A stretch of DNA of 63,630 nt, filler included, from Rhizaria sp. SCN 62-66 (taxonomy: Eukaryota): NCBI GenBank assembly GCA_001724265.1. It is 3 parts of 3 records of this genome, joined end to end, with 100 filler letters (N's around TTAATTAATTAA, not from the genome) between each part and the next. Parts side by side here need not be neighbours in the genome. Positions count along the whole stretch, not along the records: positions 23,657 to 47,190 come from MEDY01000429.1; positions 47,291 to 63,630 come from MEDY01000489.1; 1 more part is not named here. One strand, 5' to 3'. How positions within the stretch are numbered: the stretch's first letter is position 1; every line of letters starts with the position of its first letter. Positions 37,237 through 48,376 of the stretch are shown here, piece after piece. The notes under the pieces are model-generated. The model saw only the letters and a list, made by a program, of their open reading frames with translations, was not told the DNA's origin and did not search any database. The position numbers and the translations under genes were made by a program.

Positions 37237-40200
37237 TCATGCCTGGAAGAGGAACTGCAGGTCCTCATGCGAGAGCTCCGCAAAGGCAGCGATGCGCCCG
37301 TCGACAGTGCCCTGGAATACAAGGCGCTTCTTCTCCTGCAGCTCCACCATGCGCTCCTCGATCGAGCCCTTGACGACAAAGCGCACGGCCGTGACGGGCC
37401 GCGTCTGGCCGATGCGGTGCGAGCGCTGCACGGCCTGGTCCTCCACCGCCGGGTTCCACCACGGCTCGAGCGTGTACACGTGCGACGCCGCCTGCAGGTT
37501 CAGCCCTTCGCCGCCCGCGCGCAGCGACATGACGACGACGCGCACGGCCGGGTCGTGCTTGAACGCGGCGAGGATCGACCGGCGCTCGGCGATGGGCTGC
37601 GAGCCGACGAACTTGACGCACACGACGCCCGCGCGGCGTAGCGCCCATTCGACGAGGTCGATCATCATGGCGAACTGCGAGAAGACAATGGCCTTGTTGG
37701 CCGGGTCCGCGCGGCACATCTCAAGAATGTCGTCGACCAGTGCGCGCAGCTTCGCGGAGGGCGCGAATGACGCCGTGTCCACGTGCTGCATGATGCTGCG
37801 CCGGCCCAGCGTGACCTTGAATGACCCGCCGGCATTGGCGACAGCAGTGGCGGCCGTGGCGGCAGCGGCTGCGGCCATCGAGTCCGGGTCCTGTTCATCG
37901 TCACCCATAACACTCGCACCCGCACTAGCGCTCGTACCCGAGCTGGAGCTGTTATTATTAGCGGGCGCGACGTAGACGTCGATGGGGACGATCTTCTCGA
38001 TCTTTGCGCGGCACATGGTGCAGGAGCGCGACGCCAACTGCTTGGTGCACGCCATGCACGTCTGCGAGTGCCCGCACGGCACCAGCACTGCGTCGCGCGG
38101 CCGGTCCAGACACACCACGCACAACCCCACGGGCCCGCTGCCGCCGCCGCCGTCATCGCCGCCGCCGCCGTCGCCGCCCTCGGTGGCGGGCTCGAGGCCA
38201 CGGAGGTCGATGGCCAGCACCAGCGCCTGGAAACACACGGGACACGTGCCCGCAGCGGCAGCGGACGCGGAGGCAGAGGCAGCGACGGCGCCGCGCTTCT
38301 TGGCGCCTGCCTTGCCCTTGCCCTTGCCCTTGGCGCTCGCTGAAGACGAGCTGTTGTCATCGTCATCATTGCCGTTGTCTTCGTCGTGCTCGTGGTCGTG
38401 GTCGCCGTCATTAGCGGCTGCGGCCGCTGCGTTGGCCGCGGCGGCCTCGGTAATGTACCGGTGGATGCAGTCGCGGTGGAAGGTGTGCCGGCACTTGGTC
38501 ACCGCGGGGATGCCCTCGATGTCCTCGAAGCACAGCCCACACACGTCGCCCAGGCCCTGCCGCAGCCGCGCGCCCGCGGTCAGCAGCAGACTCTCGTCGC
38601 CGTCGCCGTCGGCGTCCCCGTCAGCGTCCGCGCCTTCGGGCGCGCCGCGCTTTTGCCCCTTGCCCTTGCTCTTTACACCGGCCTTGCCCTTAGGCGCGTC
38701 CGCGCCCGCGTCAGCGCCAGCAGCAGCGCCAGCAGCAGCGCCAGCAGCAGCGCCAGCAGCAGCCGCAGCGGCAGAGGCGTCAGCGCCGTCAGCAGTACCG
38801 TCAGCAGCCGCAGCGGCGGCAGCAGCCTTCTTCTTGGCCGCCGCGCCGGCCTTTTTGCCGCCCTTGGCCGAAGTCGCGCCAGCGCCAGCGTCAGCGCCGT
38901 CGCTGCCACCAGTGCCCGCGCTGAGCGCGAGCGCCTGCTGGTGCGCTGCGTCGCTGCCAGTCTGCGCGACGGCCTCGTACTGGCTGCGCGCTGCGCCGGC
39001 CTGCCGCGCGCGCACCGTGGCGCCGTGCACGACGAGCAGCGGGTGGTCCACCGCCTGCCGCAGCCGCGCCAGCAGCTCGAAGATGTGCGCGAAGTTGTGC
39101 AGCAGCGTGCCCGCGGCCACGAACGAGTTGAACTGCACGCACGACTGCGAGTAGATGGCGCGGTAAAAGTCCTCCTCGCTCTCGTCCATGACGACCTCGC
39201 GCGTGCGCACAGTCAGCGGCGGCAGCCGCAAGTCCGCGGCGCGCTCGGCCTTGTTGCGGCGCAGCATCGCCAGGTCCAGCACGTCGCGCTTGAGCCGCAG
39301 CAGCGCGCGCATGCCCTCGCCCGAGTGCCCGTAGCGCTGGATCGGGTTCACCACGAAGCGGTTGAAGTAGGAGTAGTGCTTCAGTGGCGCGTGCCCGCAC
39401 TCGGTGCAAAAGCGCGACTCGGCGCCGAAGCGCCAGCCAAAGGCGCGGCAGCGGCAGCCGTCGTGCGAGCAGAAGTATTCGGCCTGCGGGCGCATGCGAA
39501 GGAACCGGATGACTGCGTAGAGCTCGCCCACGCGGTTCTGCAGCGGCGTGCCCGACAGCGCCCACTTGAACCGCGAGCGCAGCGCGTACACGGCCTTGGC
39601 GGTCGACGACGTGCGCGACTTGATCTTGTGCGCCTCGTCCAGGATCACGCGCGCCCACTGCACGGCGTGCGGGGCCGAGCGGCTCACGTCGACGCCCTCC
39701 TCGTCCACCAGTGGCGCTGCGGCCGCCGACGCCGCGCGCCACGCCGCGGCCGCGGAGGCGGCGGCGGCCGCGGCAGACGGGCGCGGCGCGCGGCGCTTGC
39801 GGCCCGCGCCGTCCCCGCCGTCCTCGTCGTCGTCGTCGCTGTTGCGGTTCAGGGCGAGCGCCTTGTTCTTGGCGGCCACCGCGGCGGCGGCGGCGTCGTC
39901 GACCTTGCCCTTGGGCGTCGCAGCCTTCTTGCCAGGGCTCTTGCTGGCAGCAGCGCCCTTGCTCTTGCTCTTGGTTTTAGCACCATACTCCTCCTCCTCC
40001 TCCTCTTCGTCGTCGCTCTCGTCGCGCATGGAGCGACTCTTCGTCTTGGCCTTGGTGTTCTTGCCGCGGGCGCGTGATTTGGCGTCCGAGTCGGAGTCAA
40101 ACGCGGAGGAGGACGACGAGTCGGAGCTGAAGTCGTCCGATGCGCTGCCGCTGGCGTCGCTGTCAGAGAGACTGTACACCGAGGTAGAGTCGGAGTCTGA

Positions 40201-43200
40201 ACCCTTGCCCTTGCCCTTGCCGCGGCCCTTGGCCTGCGCCTTGCCCTTCGCTGGGCTCTTGACAGGGCTCTTGCTCTTAGCCTTAGCAGTCTTGGAAGGA
40301 CTCTTGGCAGCCGCCGCCTTGTTGCTTTCACTCTTGACGTCGCCGTTGTTCTTACCTTTGCTCTTGATATTGCTCTTGGTGACCGTGAACGCGTCGGGGT
40401 CAGACTCGGAGTCAGAGCTGAGCTCGATCGCGTCGTCGCCGTCCTTGCCAGCAGCAGCACTGGCGCTGGAGCTGGAGCTAGAGTTAGAGTTAGCACGGCG
40501 AGAAGGCTTGCTCGCAGCAGCCTTCGCCCCGGTGTCACCGTCTTCGTCATCGTCGTAGTCGACGTCGTTGACATCAGTCATCTCGATCTTGACGCGCGAG
40601 TGAGCGCCCGCGCCCGCGCCCGCGCTTGCACTGGCACTGGCGCTCGCACTCGAACTCGAGCTCGAGCTGGAGTTCTTGTTTGTGTTTGCGTCGTCATCAC
40701 CGTCATCATCGTCGTCATCGTCGTCCGACAGCGCGCGCGCACTCTTGCGCCCACGGCCCCTGCTCTTGCTCTTACTGCTCTCGCCGCCACCGCGCTGGGC
40801 CTTGTGCGCGGCCTCCTTGGTGGCGAAGCGCGACACAGGCACGCGGCCCGCGCTCGTCATGATGTCCTTGTAAATGTTCGTCAGCGTCGGCGGCGCGGCG
40901 CGGCGCGCGGGCGCAGGCATCGCGCTCGCACCTGCAGTGTCACGGTCATCATCGTTGTCATCAGCGTTGTCGTTGTTCGCCCTGGCGCTGGCGTCTTGCT
41001 CGGACTGCACGCGGTCCGCCGTCGCGCGTGCGACGGGGATGCCCAGCGCAAGCATGCCCTTGGCCATCGTGCGCGCGGACTGCTGCGCGCGGGCCTTGGG
41101 CGCGCCAGTGTTCGTGTCCTTGTCCTCACCCTTGCTCTTGGACTTACTCTTGCTCTTGGACTTGGTGTCCTTGCGTTTCTTGCCACGATTGTCGTCCTCC
41201 TCGTCGCTAGTGTCGACCACGAACGCGCTGCTGTCCGAGTCCGACACGTCAGAGTCTGAGCCATAGGATTCTGACTGCGACTGCGCCGCGGAGTCGGAGC
41301 CGGAACCGGAGCCAGCGCCAGCGGCGGCACCCTTCTTAGCGCGTTTGTTGAGCTTCTCGGAGCGACGCGCGCCGGGCCCGCAGAAGAACTTGAGGTGGGT
41401 GACGAGTACGCGCGGCAGGAAGCGGCGGCGGCAGTACTGGCACTGGACCTTGGCGGCCTCGGTGGCGGCGCGGTACTCGACCTCGAGCACGGGGTACGAG
41501 GTCAGCACGACGTCGTAGCTCTGCAGCTGCGCGGGCGACAGCGCGCCGCGCTGCGAGCCGTAGAAGAGGAGCACGCGCAGCGGCGGCAGCGGTAGGAGCC
41601 ACGAGAGGTCTGCGGCGTCGCCGCCCACGCCCGCGGCGGCGCAGGCGGCGGCACCGTCACCCGCGGGGGCCGCGACTAGCTCTGCGTCGCCGTCGTCGCC
41701 CGCGTCCGCGGCGAGCAGGCCGAGCTCCTCGCTCGCGCGCGCGCTCTCGCCGTCCTTTCCGCTCCTACCATTCTTGCTCTTGCCCTTGCCCTTGCAGCTG
41801 TGGCTGTGCGTGTGCTTTTTGTCGCAGCCACCGTCGTCGTCATCGTCGTCGTCGTTGTCATTGTCGCTGCCGCTACTGCTATCGCTATCATTGTCACTGC
41901 GGCTGCTCTTGCTCCTAGCGCTCTCCTGCGGCGGCGGCCGCTGCGGCGGAATGGCGACGAACGCGGTGGGCCGTTGCGACCACGGGAAGCGCTCACAGAC
42001 ACCCTCACCGTGATCGTGGTCGCCGCTGTCGTCGCCGTTGGCCGAGGCGTGGCTGTGTGCGGCGGCCAGCGCGGCGGCCGCGGCGGCGTCGGCGGCGGAC
42101 AGGCTGTTGCCGCCGCCGGGAGACATGAGTCCCCCAGCAGCGCTGCTAGCGCTGGCGCCGCCGTTAACGCTGCTGCTGTGGCTGCTGTTCTCGGCGTCGG
42201 CGTCGGCCTCGGCTTGCATGCGCGCGAGGAGCGCGGCCATGGCGACAGCGCTCACGGGCACGCCGTGCCAGACCAGTCCGCGCACGGGGTCCACGGGCCC
42301 AGCACTTACACCGACCTCGGCGGTACTTAGATCGCCCGACGCACTCGCGGCACTCGCACTAGCACTCGCAGCGGCGGCCGCAGCGGCGGCGGCGGTGGCG
42401 TTGGCTGCGGTCAGCGCGAGCGCGCCGGCCCTGTTGGCGGCGTCGGTGTCGACGAAGTGGTCGATCTCCTCGCGCCACTGCAGCACGGCGCTGGTGGGCG
42501 CCACGATCGCCGTTGGCGCCAGCGCGCGGCCGCCCGCTGCAGGCAGCAGCACGGGGAAGCACGCCGCGGGCGGCAGCGCGGCGGGGGCGGGCCCGCGGCG
42601 GCCGCCGGTGTGGTCGCGCCAGAGCCGCTCCCAGAGGCGGCGCGCGACGGAGCGGCGCCATGACACGAGCGTGCGGTTGCGGCGCGCGATGAGCAGGGAG
42701 AGCGCCTGGAGGGTCTTGCCCATGCCCATCTCGTCGGCCAGCACGCCGCCGCGCATGCCGCGCAGGCGGCACACCACAGCGGTGCTCGGGGCGCTCGCGC
42801 TCGCAGTCGCAGTCACGGGTGCCGCGACAGAGTCGGTGAGAGTTGCGGGGTTGGTGGGGGCGAGAGACGACGACACAGAAGAGTTGGGAGGCTTGTTATC
42901 TGTGTTATCTGTGTTGGTGCCAACGCTCTCCACCTTGTGACTCGCACTTGCGCTGTCATCAGCCTTGAGCTCCGTCTCGGTCTTGGTGCCGACATCCTTC
43001 GCGCTGGGCTCGTCCTTGACACTCTTCCCGGCGCTGCCAGCGCTGCCACTCCGCGCACCATCGCGGTCACCAGCGCCGCGTTCGGGCTTCACGGCGGCAC
43101 TGCTACTGCTGCTGGCGTCAACACCGCTTGTAAACGCGTCGGCATAGTGGTCGGCGGGCAGCCCCAGCGCCTCAGCCGCGGCCGAGGCGGCAGCGGCCGC

Positions 43201-44133
43201 GGCGGCCTCCAAAGCGGAGGCGGCGCTCTTGCGGCCGCCGCCGCGTCCCTTGCCCTTGACGGGGGTCGTCGCAGCGGCAGCGTCGTCGCCGTCAGCACTG
43301 GCACCGGCAGCAGCCGCAGCAGCGGTGTCGGCCTCGGTTTTGGCCTTGGCTTTGGCGGCCTCGGCCTCTGCCTTGGCGTCGGCCTTGGCCTTGGCGGCCG
43401 CAGCCTTCTTGTCCTCGGCGGCCTTCTTCTTGGCGGCCGCGGCGGCCTCGCGCGCCTCCTTCTTCGCCTTGGCGGCCTCGGCCTTGCTTGTGACGCCGCG
43501 CGCCTTGGCCGCCGCCGCGGCGGCCGCGTTGGCGGCCACGACGTCCGCAGGCACGGGCGCGGCCGCGGCCACGCGCGCGTCTCGGTCGGCCGCCGTGGCA
43601 AGCACGTCGCACTCCTGCTGCAGCATCCACGCCAGCCCCTCCTCCTGGTACGGCAGCAGCGGCGCCGAGATGCCAGCGGGGGCCGGGACGCGCAGCGAGA
43701 GCACGCGGCGCACGAAGCCCGGATCGGCAGGGTCGATCGTCGGCACGTGCGCGGGCGGCGCGGCGCAGCCCAGCTCGGCGCGCACGCGGGCCTGGTCTAC
43801 GGGGCGCAGCGCCGAGAAGTTGTAAAAGAAGTGCGCCCACGCGAAGGTTTCGGGATCCTCGGCGGGGTAGTCGTCGCGCAGGCGGCAGCACTCGACGTGC
43901 GACCAGGTCGAGATGTAGCCGAAGTGGCCAGAAGACCACTTGATGGGCAGCCCAACGCGCAGCGCGTCCTTGTCGATAAATGAGCCGCACTTGCGGCAGC
44001 GTGCTCGACCAGACTTGGCGTACTCGACGCGGTGCGTGTACACGGGCGCTGACACACGATGCGCGGCCGAGAGGAACGAGAGCGGGCACCACTCGTTCAC
44101 CTCGGGGTGGATCGTCAACTGCACGCTCGACAT
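37237..44133 (-). CDS. Rad16/Rad5-type SNF2 ATPase with an N-terminal PARP-type zinc finger and two RING fingers
   Basis: zf-PARP VEYAKSGRARCRKC...WSHVEC; SNF2 motifs LLPYQEEGLAWM, GGVLADEMGMGKT, RVILDEAHKIK and WALSGTPLQNRVGELY; two RINGs; HELICc motifs KAIVFSQF, AGGEGLNLQAASHV and PWWNPAVEDQAVQRSHRIGQ; stop TGA. Confidence 0.93.
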   Translation of the reverse strand: MSSVQLTIHPEVNEWCPLSFLSAAHRVSAPVYTHRVEYAKSGRARCRKCGSFIDKDALRVGLPIKWSSGHFGYISTWSHVECCRLRDDYPAEDPETFAWAHFFYNFSALRPVDQARVRAELGCAAPPAHVPTIDPADPGFVRRVLSLRVPAPAGISAPLLPYQEEGLAWMLQQECDVLATAADRDARVAAAAPVPADVVAANAAAAAAAKARGVTSKAEAAKAKKEAREAAAAAKKKAAEDKKAAAAKAKADAKAEAEAAKAKAKTEADTAAAAAAGASADGDDAAAATTPVKGKGRGGGRKSAASALEAAAAAAASAAAEALGLPADHYADAFTSGVDASSSSSAAVKPERGAGDRDGARSGSAGSAGKSVKDEPSAKDVGTKTETELKADDSASASHKVESVGTNTDNTDNKPPNSSVSSSLAPTNPATLTDSVAAPVTATASASAPSTAVVCRLRGMRGGVLADEMGMGKTLQALSLLIARRNRTLVSWRRSVARRLWERLWRDHTGGRRGPAPAALPPAACFPVLLPAAGGRALAPTAIVAPTSAVLQWREEIDHFVDTDAANRAGALALTAANATAAAAAAAAASASASAASASGDLSTAEVGVSAGPVDPVRGLVWHGVPVSAVAMAALLARMQAEADADAENSSHSSSVNGGASASSAAGGLMSPGGGNSLSAADAAAAAALAAAHSHASANGDDSGDHDHGEGVCERFPWSQRPTAFVAIPPQRPPPQESARSKSSRSDNDSDSSSGSDNDNDDDDDDDGGCDKKHTHSHSCKGKGKSKNGRSGKDGESARASEELGLLAADAGDDGDAELVAAPAGDGAAACAAAGVGGDAADLSWLLPLPPLRVLLFYGSQRGALSPAQLQSYDVVLTSYPVLEVEYRAATEAAKVQCQYCRRRFLPRVLVTHLKFFCGPGARRSEKLNKRAKKGAAAGAGSGSGSDSAAQSQSESYGSDSDVSDSDSSAFVVDTSDEEDDNRGKKRKDTKSKSKSKSKSKGEDKDTNTGAPKARAQQSARTMAKGMLALGIPVARATADRVQSEQDASARANNDNADDNDDDRDTAGASAMPAPARRAAPPTLTNIYKDIMTSAGRVPVSRFATKEAAHKAQRGGGESSKSKSRGRGRKSARALSDDDDDDDDGDDDANTNKNSSSSSSSSASASASASAGAGAGAHSRVKIEMTDVNDVDYDDDEDGDTGAKAAASKPSRRANSNSSSSSSASAAAGKDGDDAIELSSDSESDPDAFTVTKSNIKSKGKNNGDVKSESNKAAAAKSPSKTAKAKSKSPVKSPAKGKAQAKGRGKGKGKGSDSDSTSVYSLSDSDASGSASDDFSSDSSSSSAFDSDSDAKSRARGKNTKAKTKSRSMRDESDDEEEEEEEYGAKTKSKSKGAAASKSPGKKAATPKGKVDDAAAAAVAAKNKALALNRNSDDDDEDGGDGAGRKRRAPRPSAAAAAASAAAAWRAASAAAAPLVDEEGVDVSRSAPHAVQWARVILDEAHKIKSRTSSTAKAVYALRSRFKWALSGTPLQNRVGELYAVIRFLRMRPQAEYFCSHDGCRCRAFGWRFGAESRFCTECGHAPLKHYSYFNRFVVNPIQRYGHSGEGMRALLRLKRDVLDLAMLRRNKAERAADLRLPPLTVRTREVVMDESEEDFYRAIYSQSCVQFNSFVAAGTLLHNFAHIFELLARLRQAVDHPLLVVHGATVRARQAGAARSQYEAVAQTGSDAAHQQALALSAGTGGSDGADAGAGATSAKGGKKAGAAAKKKAAAAAAAADGTADGADASAAAAAAGAAAGAAAGAAAGADAGADAPKGKAGVKSKGKGQKRGAPEGADADGDADGDGDESLLLTAGARLRQGLGDVCGLCFEDIEGIPAVTKCRHTFHRDCIHRYITEAAAANAAAAAANDGDHDHEHDEDNGNDDDDNSSSSASAKGKGKGKAGAKKRGAVAASASASAAAAGTCPVCFQALVLAIDLRGLEPATEGGDGGGGDDGGGGSGPVGLCVVCLDRPRDAVLVPCGHSQTCMACTKQLASRSCTMCRAKIEKIVPIDVYVAPANNNSSSSGTSASAGASVMGDDEQDPDSMAAAAAATAATAVANAGGSFKVTLGRRSIMQHVDTASFAPSAKLRALVDDILEMCRADPANKAIVFSQFAMMIDLVEWALRRAGVVCVKFVGSQPIAERRSILAAFKHDPAVRVVVMSLRAGGEGLNLQAASHVYTLEPWWNPAVEDQAVQRSHRIGQTRPVTAVRFVVKGSIEERMVELQEKKRLVFQGTVDGRIAAFAELSHEDLQFLFQA

Positions 44134-44867
44134 TCGCTACTGGGGCAACACGCAAGCTGGCAAGCGGGTGGGCAACGCGGGGAGTGCGGGGAAGTAGAGG
44201 AGAAGTGGGGTTTCGCGAGTCTTGTCTTGCTTGCTCGCGAGGTGACCTCCTAGCCGATATTGTTTCGGGATGAGATAACACGCAGTGTACAGAGGGATTT
44301 GAGATGAAAAAGATGTGTAAATAAGATATTCGCGTGTTTTGTAAATGCAAGCCGTATTATTACGCGTAGGACTTTCTTGCAGCACGGGGTATTGGCGTTG
44401 CGAAGAAGCTAGGCGACTGTTGCTGTGCCATTGGTCACCGACTCTGAGATTTGCCCGGGATGTACCGCAACACACCAATCGTCATCAACAATAAAATAGT
44501 TGTCATAACTAGATATACTAGTCTTAAAATATTGTAGTTCTGTGGTTGCCGCAGAAATATCAAAATGGTGTGAGAAGTCTGCCTTAAGAAAAGTCGTGAT
44601 TCTTCTCGAACAGCGCGGGCCTCAAACCACCACAAATCACCTTGACACTCTTTCTTACAAAGATATCCCTTCATTAATAGAACCAAATGTGCATACTTTT
44701 TTAACATCTTTTACAAAAAATCTTTATATACTGTTATTCAATAAGGAATAAACAAATAGTGATGTATTCAGACATATATTGGCCTGAAAGTTTCTCGTCG
44801 GCCCGCGGGAACGAGTCTTGTTCAAGATCGCATCCTGCATGATGTGTGATAATATCACAAGCCTTGC

Positions 44868-45818
44868 TCAGGCAGCGCCGCGTGGGAAGAACTTGACGCC
44901 GACCTCCTCGATGGCAGCGCCGTCGATGACCGTTGCGCGGCCGTCGGCCTCGAGCACGCGCAGCGCCGCTAGCATGACCGCTGGAGGGAGGCCGAAGAAG
45001 GGCGCCGAGCGGGTCTCCTCGCCGGAACACAGCTCCGCCACGGTCGAGACGGAGTTGACAAGGTTGTACTTCTGCGATGCGAGCAAGCGCATGGTGAAGA
45101 ATAGCAGAGCAGAATCGAGCATAGCACGGCAAGACAGAGCGAAGTGGGGCAGTTCGGGATCAAGAGGGACAGAAACATGTGAGCTTGTTGGGTATAGTAA
45201 AGCAAGCATAAGAGGCAAATAAAAGAGTAAACAACGAAATGATGCCACTAACAAGTTTTAGGACGAAGCTGTAGCGATCCGCAGATAGCGTACCTCTGCC
45301 CACGCGTATACGTCCTCGGCGACGGCGGCCACGCGCCGGTCCGCGATGCCCATCGAGGTGCGGTTGGGGCTGAGCCAGGCGCCGAAGCCCGCCGCAACAA
45401 CGGCCGCGAGCACGTGCGACACGGCGTCTAAGTGTGGGATGCGACGATGTGAGAGAGCAAGCAAGTGAGAGAGCACGAGAGTGAAGATACAGTGAGATAC
45501 TGTGAGTCCAGTTCGAAAGATGATATAACAGCAACGATGTCGAGAACAGAGCAAGCAGAGCTGGAGTTGCAGGGTTGCGCAGCACGTACCAGGGGAAAGC
45601 GCGCGGCCGATGTTCTTGTTGGCGAAGAGTTCGAGCTTGTCGGCGGCGCTTACGTGGATCTCGGCCACGCCCGCGGCCTTGCACCAGCGCACGACGAGCT
45701 CCACCCACATCTCCAGCTGCTTGCGCCGCGTCTCCTCCACGGGCTGCAGCGTGTAAAAGGGGGGGAACGAGTGGAACTCAGGCCATTCAAAGCTCGTGGG
45801 CGCTTTGGGGGACGCCAT
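44868..45818 (-). CDS. VPS25: ESCRT-II subunit VPS25
   Basis: Exons 45818-45590, 45427-45294 and 45071-44868, with introns GTACGT..TAG and GTACGC..CAG. Motifs FEWPEFHSFPPFYTLQP, LFANKNIGRALS and C-terminal GVKFF; stop TGA. Confidence 0.93.
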
Positions 45819-46170
45819 CGACGACTGCGGGAGCAACGGCGACAGTAGGTGGCGAGGGCGTGTCAAAGGCAAGTGGTGAGGACAGGGGGTTGGGGTTCAA
45901 GCGAATTGAGGATAGTCGTGAATTTCATCGTCAAGTGAGATTTCAATATCACATCATATTTCACGTGCAAGTTTTAAGTTTAAATCCAAAATTACACTAT
46001 CAAAGAACAACGTTTAACCCTACTTTGTCGCACTTTCCATAACCCCTCAAAGAGACGTTGGTCTCGGTTGTCCCTCGCCACAGCCCCCTTCAAGACCTCT
46101 TTTTTTTTCCGACGTAGCGCGCTACGTTCGCTTTCACTCGCAGTTTCACTCCCTGGGTGCGTTAAACCGC

Positions 46171-47190
46171 ATGGAAGACGTTGTTACCCCGCCCGTTGCG
46201 GTGCCCACGCTTACATTGGAGTCGCTGGGCGCGCGTCTATCCCAGCTCGAGTCGTTACTGGTGGCGCAAGGCTTGCTCACCAAGCTCCAGCTGCCCGACG
46301 CTGTCGTCGTCAGCAACAGCGACGAGGAGGAGAAGGCCCCGCTTTCTCCGCAGCGTGCCCCCGCTGCTGTGCCACACACACATGAAGCAGAGCTCGACAC
46401 AGACCGCGTCATCGCAGTCAAGCACTCGCCCTCAGCAGGCACTCTGACGAAGACGGACCCAGCAGGTAACACACACAGCAATAGCAATCGCAGTAATATC
46501 AGCGACAGCAGTGCCAGCGACACCGTTGCGGCCACGCAGCCGGCCCTTGTGCCGCAGCAGCCCGCGCCCTTTGCCCTGCAGACGCAGGTGGACCGCCGCT
46601 TCCTCGCGGTGGCCGAGGTTCTATCGCTGCTGGTGACCGCGCTCACTGCGACGCGCGCCGACGTTGCCGCGCACGACCACCTGCTCGCGGCGCACGGCCA
46701 GCAGCTCGCGGCGCACGGCGCGCGGCTGGACGGCCACGACGAGCAGCTCGCTTCGCACGCGGCGCAGCTTGCTCAGCTCACGCCGTATGCGGGCTTCCTC
46801 GCCAAGCTCGCGCACACGCTCGAGCCGCATAATTTCCCGCTCCGCGACGGCGCCGCGCTGCCGGCCCCCGCGGGCCCCGCGGCGGCCACGGCGGCGGGCG
46901 CGAGCGGCGTCGCCTGTCTCGCCTGCGGCCACGGGTTGGCACCCGCGCCCGGCGCGTTGGGCCACGGCGGCGACCGCGACGGCGACCCCTCGCTCGTGGG
47001 CGCCGCCGACGGTCACTATGGCGCAGGTGGGGGCGAGTGGTGGCTCGCGCAGCAGCCCGCGTTTCCGTGGGGCCGCGGACTGCGCCGGGGCCGGCCGCCG
47101 CGCGGCAGCGCCAGCGCCGCAGCGGCCGCGGCGAGGGCAGCAGCTGCCGCCGCCGCTGCCGCGCGGGCCACTGCCGAGGCCGCCGCGGCT
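46171..47190 (+). CDS. Unknown protein, N-terminal part running into the gap, with His-containing heptad repeats
   Basis: ATG 46171 is open to the gap with coding-like bias; heptads LAAHGQQ/LAAHGAR/LDGHDEQ/LASHAAQ. Confidence 0.7.
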
Positions 47191-47290
47191 NNNNNNNNNN
47201 NNNNNNNNNNNNNNNNNNNNNNNNNNNNNNNNNNTTAATTAATTAANNNNNNNNNNNNNNNNNNNNNNNNNNNNNNNNNNNNNNNNNNNN
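47191..47290. other. Artificial assembly linker (44 N + TTAATTAATTAA + 44 N)
   Basis: Same 100-nt structure as 23557-23656. Confidence 0.97.
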
Positions 47291-47443
47291 GACGCCGCCA
47301 AAAGCGCGGCCCGCGGCGGGCGCGGCCGGGGCGGCGCCGGGCGCGGCGCCGGGGCGGCGGACGGGCGCCGCCGCGCCGGACGAGGGAGCGCCGGGGCGCG
47401 ACGGGCCGCTCGAGGGAACGCCGGGGGGAACTCCGCGGCGCAT
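47291..47443 (-). CDS. Probable 5' end of a gene (MRRGVPPGVPSSGPSRPG...) running into the gap
   Basis: ATG at 47443 at the shift from AT-rich to GC-rich DNA; frame open to the gap; too short to identify. Confidence 0.45.
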
Positions 47444-48376
47444 GCTGCTGAGTGGGTGCACGGGGCAAACGCAAACAAGGATACAGGGACGAAGGGTGAC
47501 AGAGTGTGCATGAGTCGGATGAGAAGTGTGTGGTGTGAATGCAGATTGGTATTTGGGAAGATATTAAATCATTTTGTTAATATTCAAAACAGCAGCTATC
47601 TATTCAAAATGGTCTAATTTCAATATGACAGGCGCAAGATGCAGAGCGGAACTTTAGATTCAAACTCCCCACATCTCACACCCGTTGTTGTGTGTGCAGC
47701 TGGCTCGGTTCGCAAAAAATTGTCAGCCACTGACCGCTCTCGGCCCAACCGACCGGATGCAAACTCAAAGGAGCGAAATGCAATAATAAACAGGAGGTAT
47801 CTCTGTGAACTTGCATCTGTAGACTCAAAGAAGACTCCTTATATGCGTATTAGATCTAGTATTAACTAAGTCCAAGAAGGTCTTAGCTTGTCTGCAGCTT
47901 GAAGCCGGGACTTTGAGGTCAAACGCAGGATTAGAGGCCGCCCAATTTGGCTTGGGACGTTGTCGGTCGGCAACCTAGAACAGTATGATGGAAACCATAC
48001 GGACCGTGACATGACCTTGTTTTTGTTTCCCCAAGTACACCGAGTTGTTTTTTGTTTTTGTTTAAAATGGTTTCTTCCTATGCGCAAAGAAATTCCGTCT
48101 TTTGACACCTTGAAAGGGCTGAACATCAACCCTCACCTCGTGCACGACTGAGTTCGACTTGTAAACCGTTTTGTTCGTGTAAAATCCCCATGTTTTGATC
48201 TTTAAACAACTTATTCACTTACAACTATACTATTCATATACTTTCTCAACTTTTATTTTTAAACTGGCGCCATTGATGCACTCAAATCTCTCTCTTTGTT
48301 GTTCGACCACGACTTCTTGATGACGAAACGACTTGCACGCCCACCCTGTCGCCGCCCCCGTCCAGCCGTTCTACTC

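Noticed and set aside
47639-48151. Short ORFs in AT-rich DNA (also 555-743) as genes extended by TAG readthrough or as transposon relics
   Set aside because: Reading through their TAGs reaches TAA/TGA within about 10-30 codons; no coding bias or domain motifs
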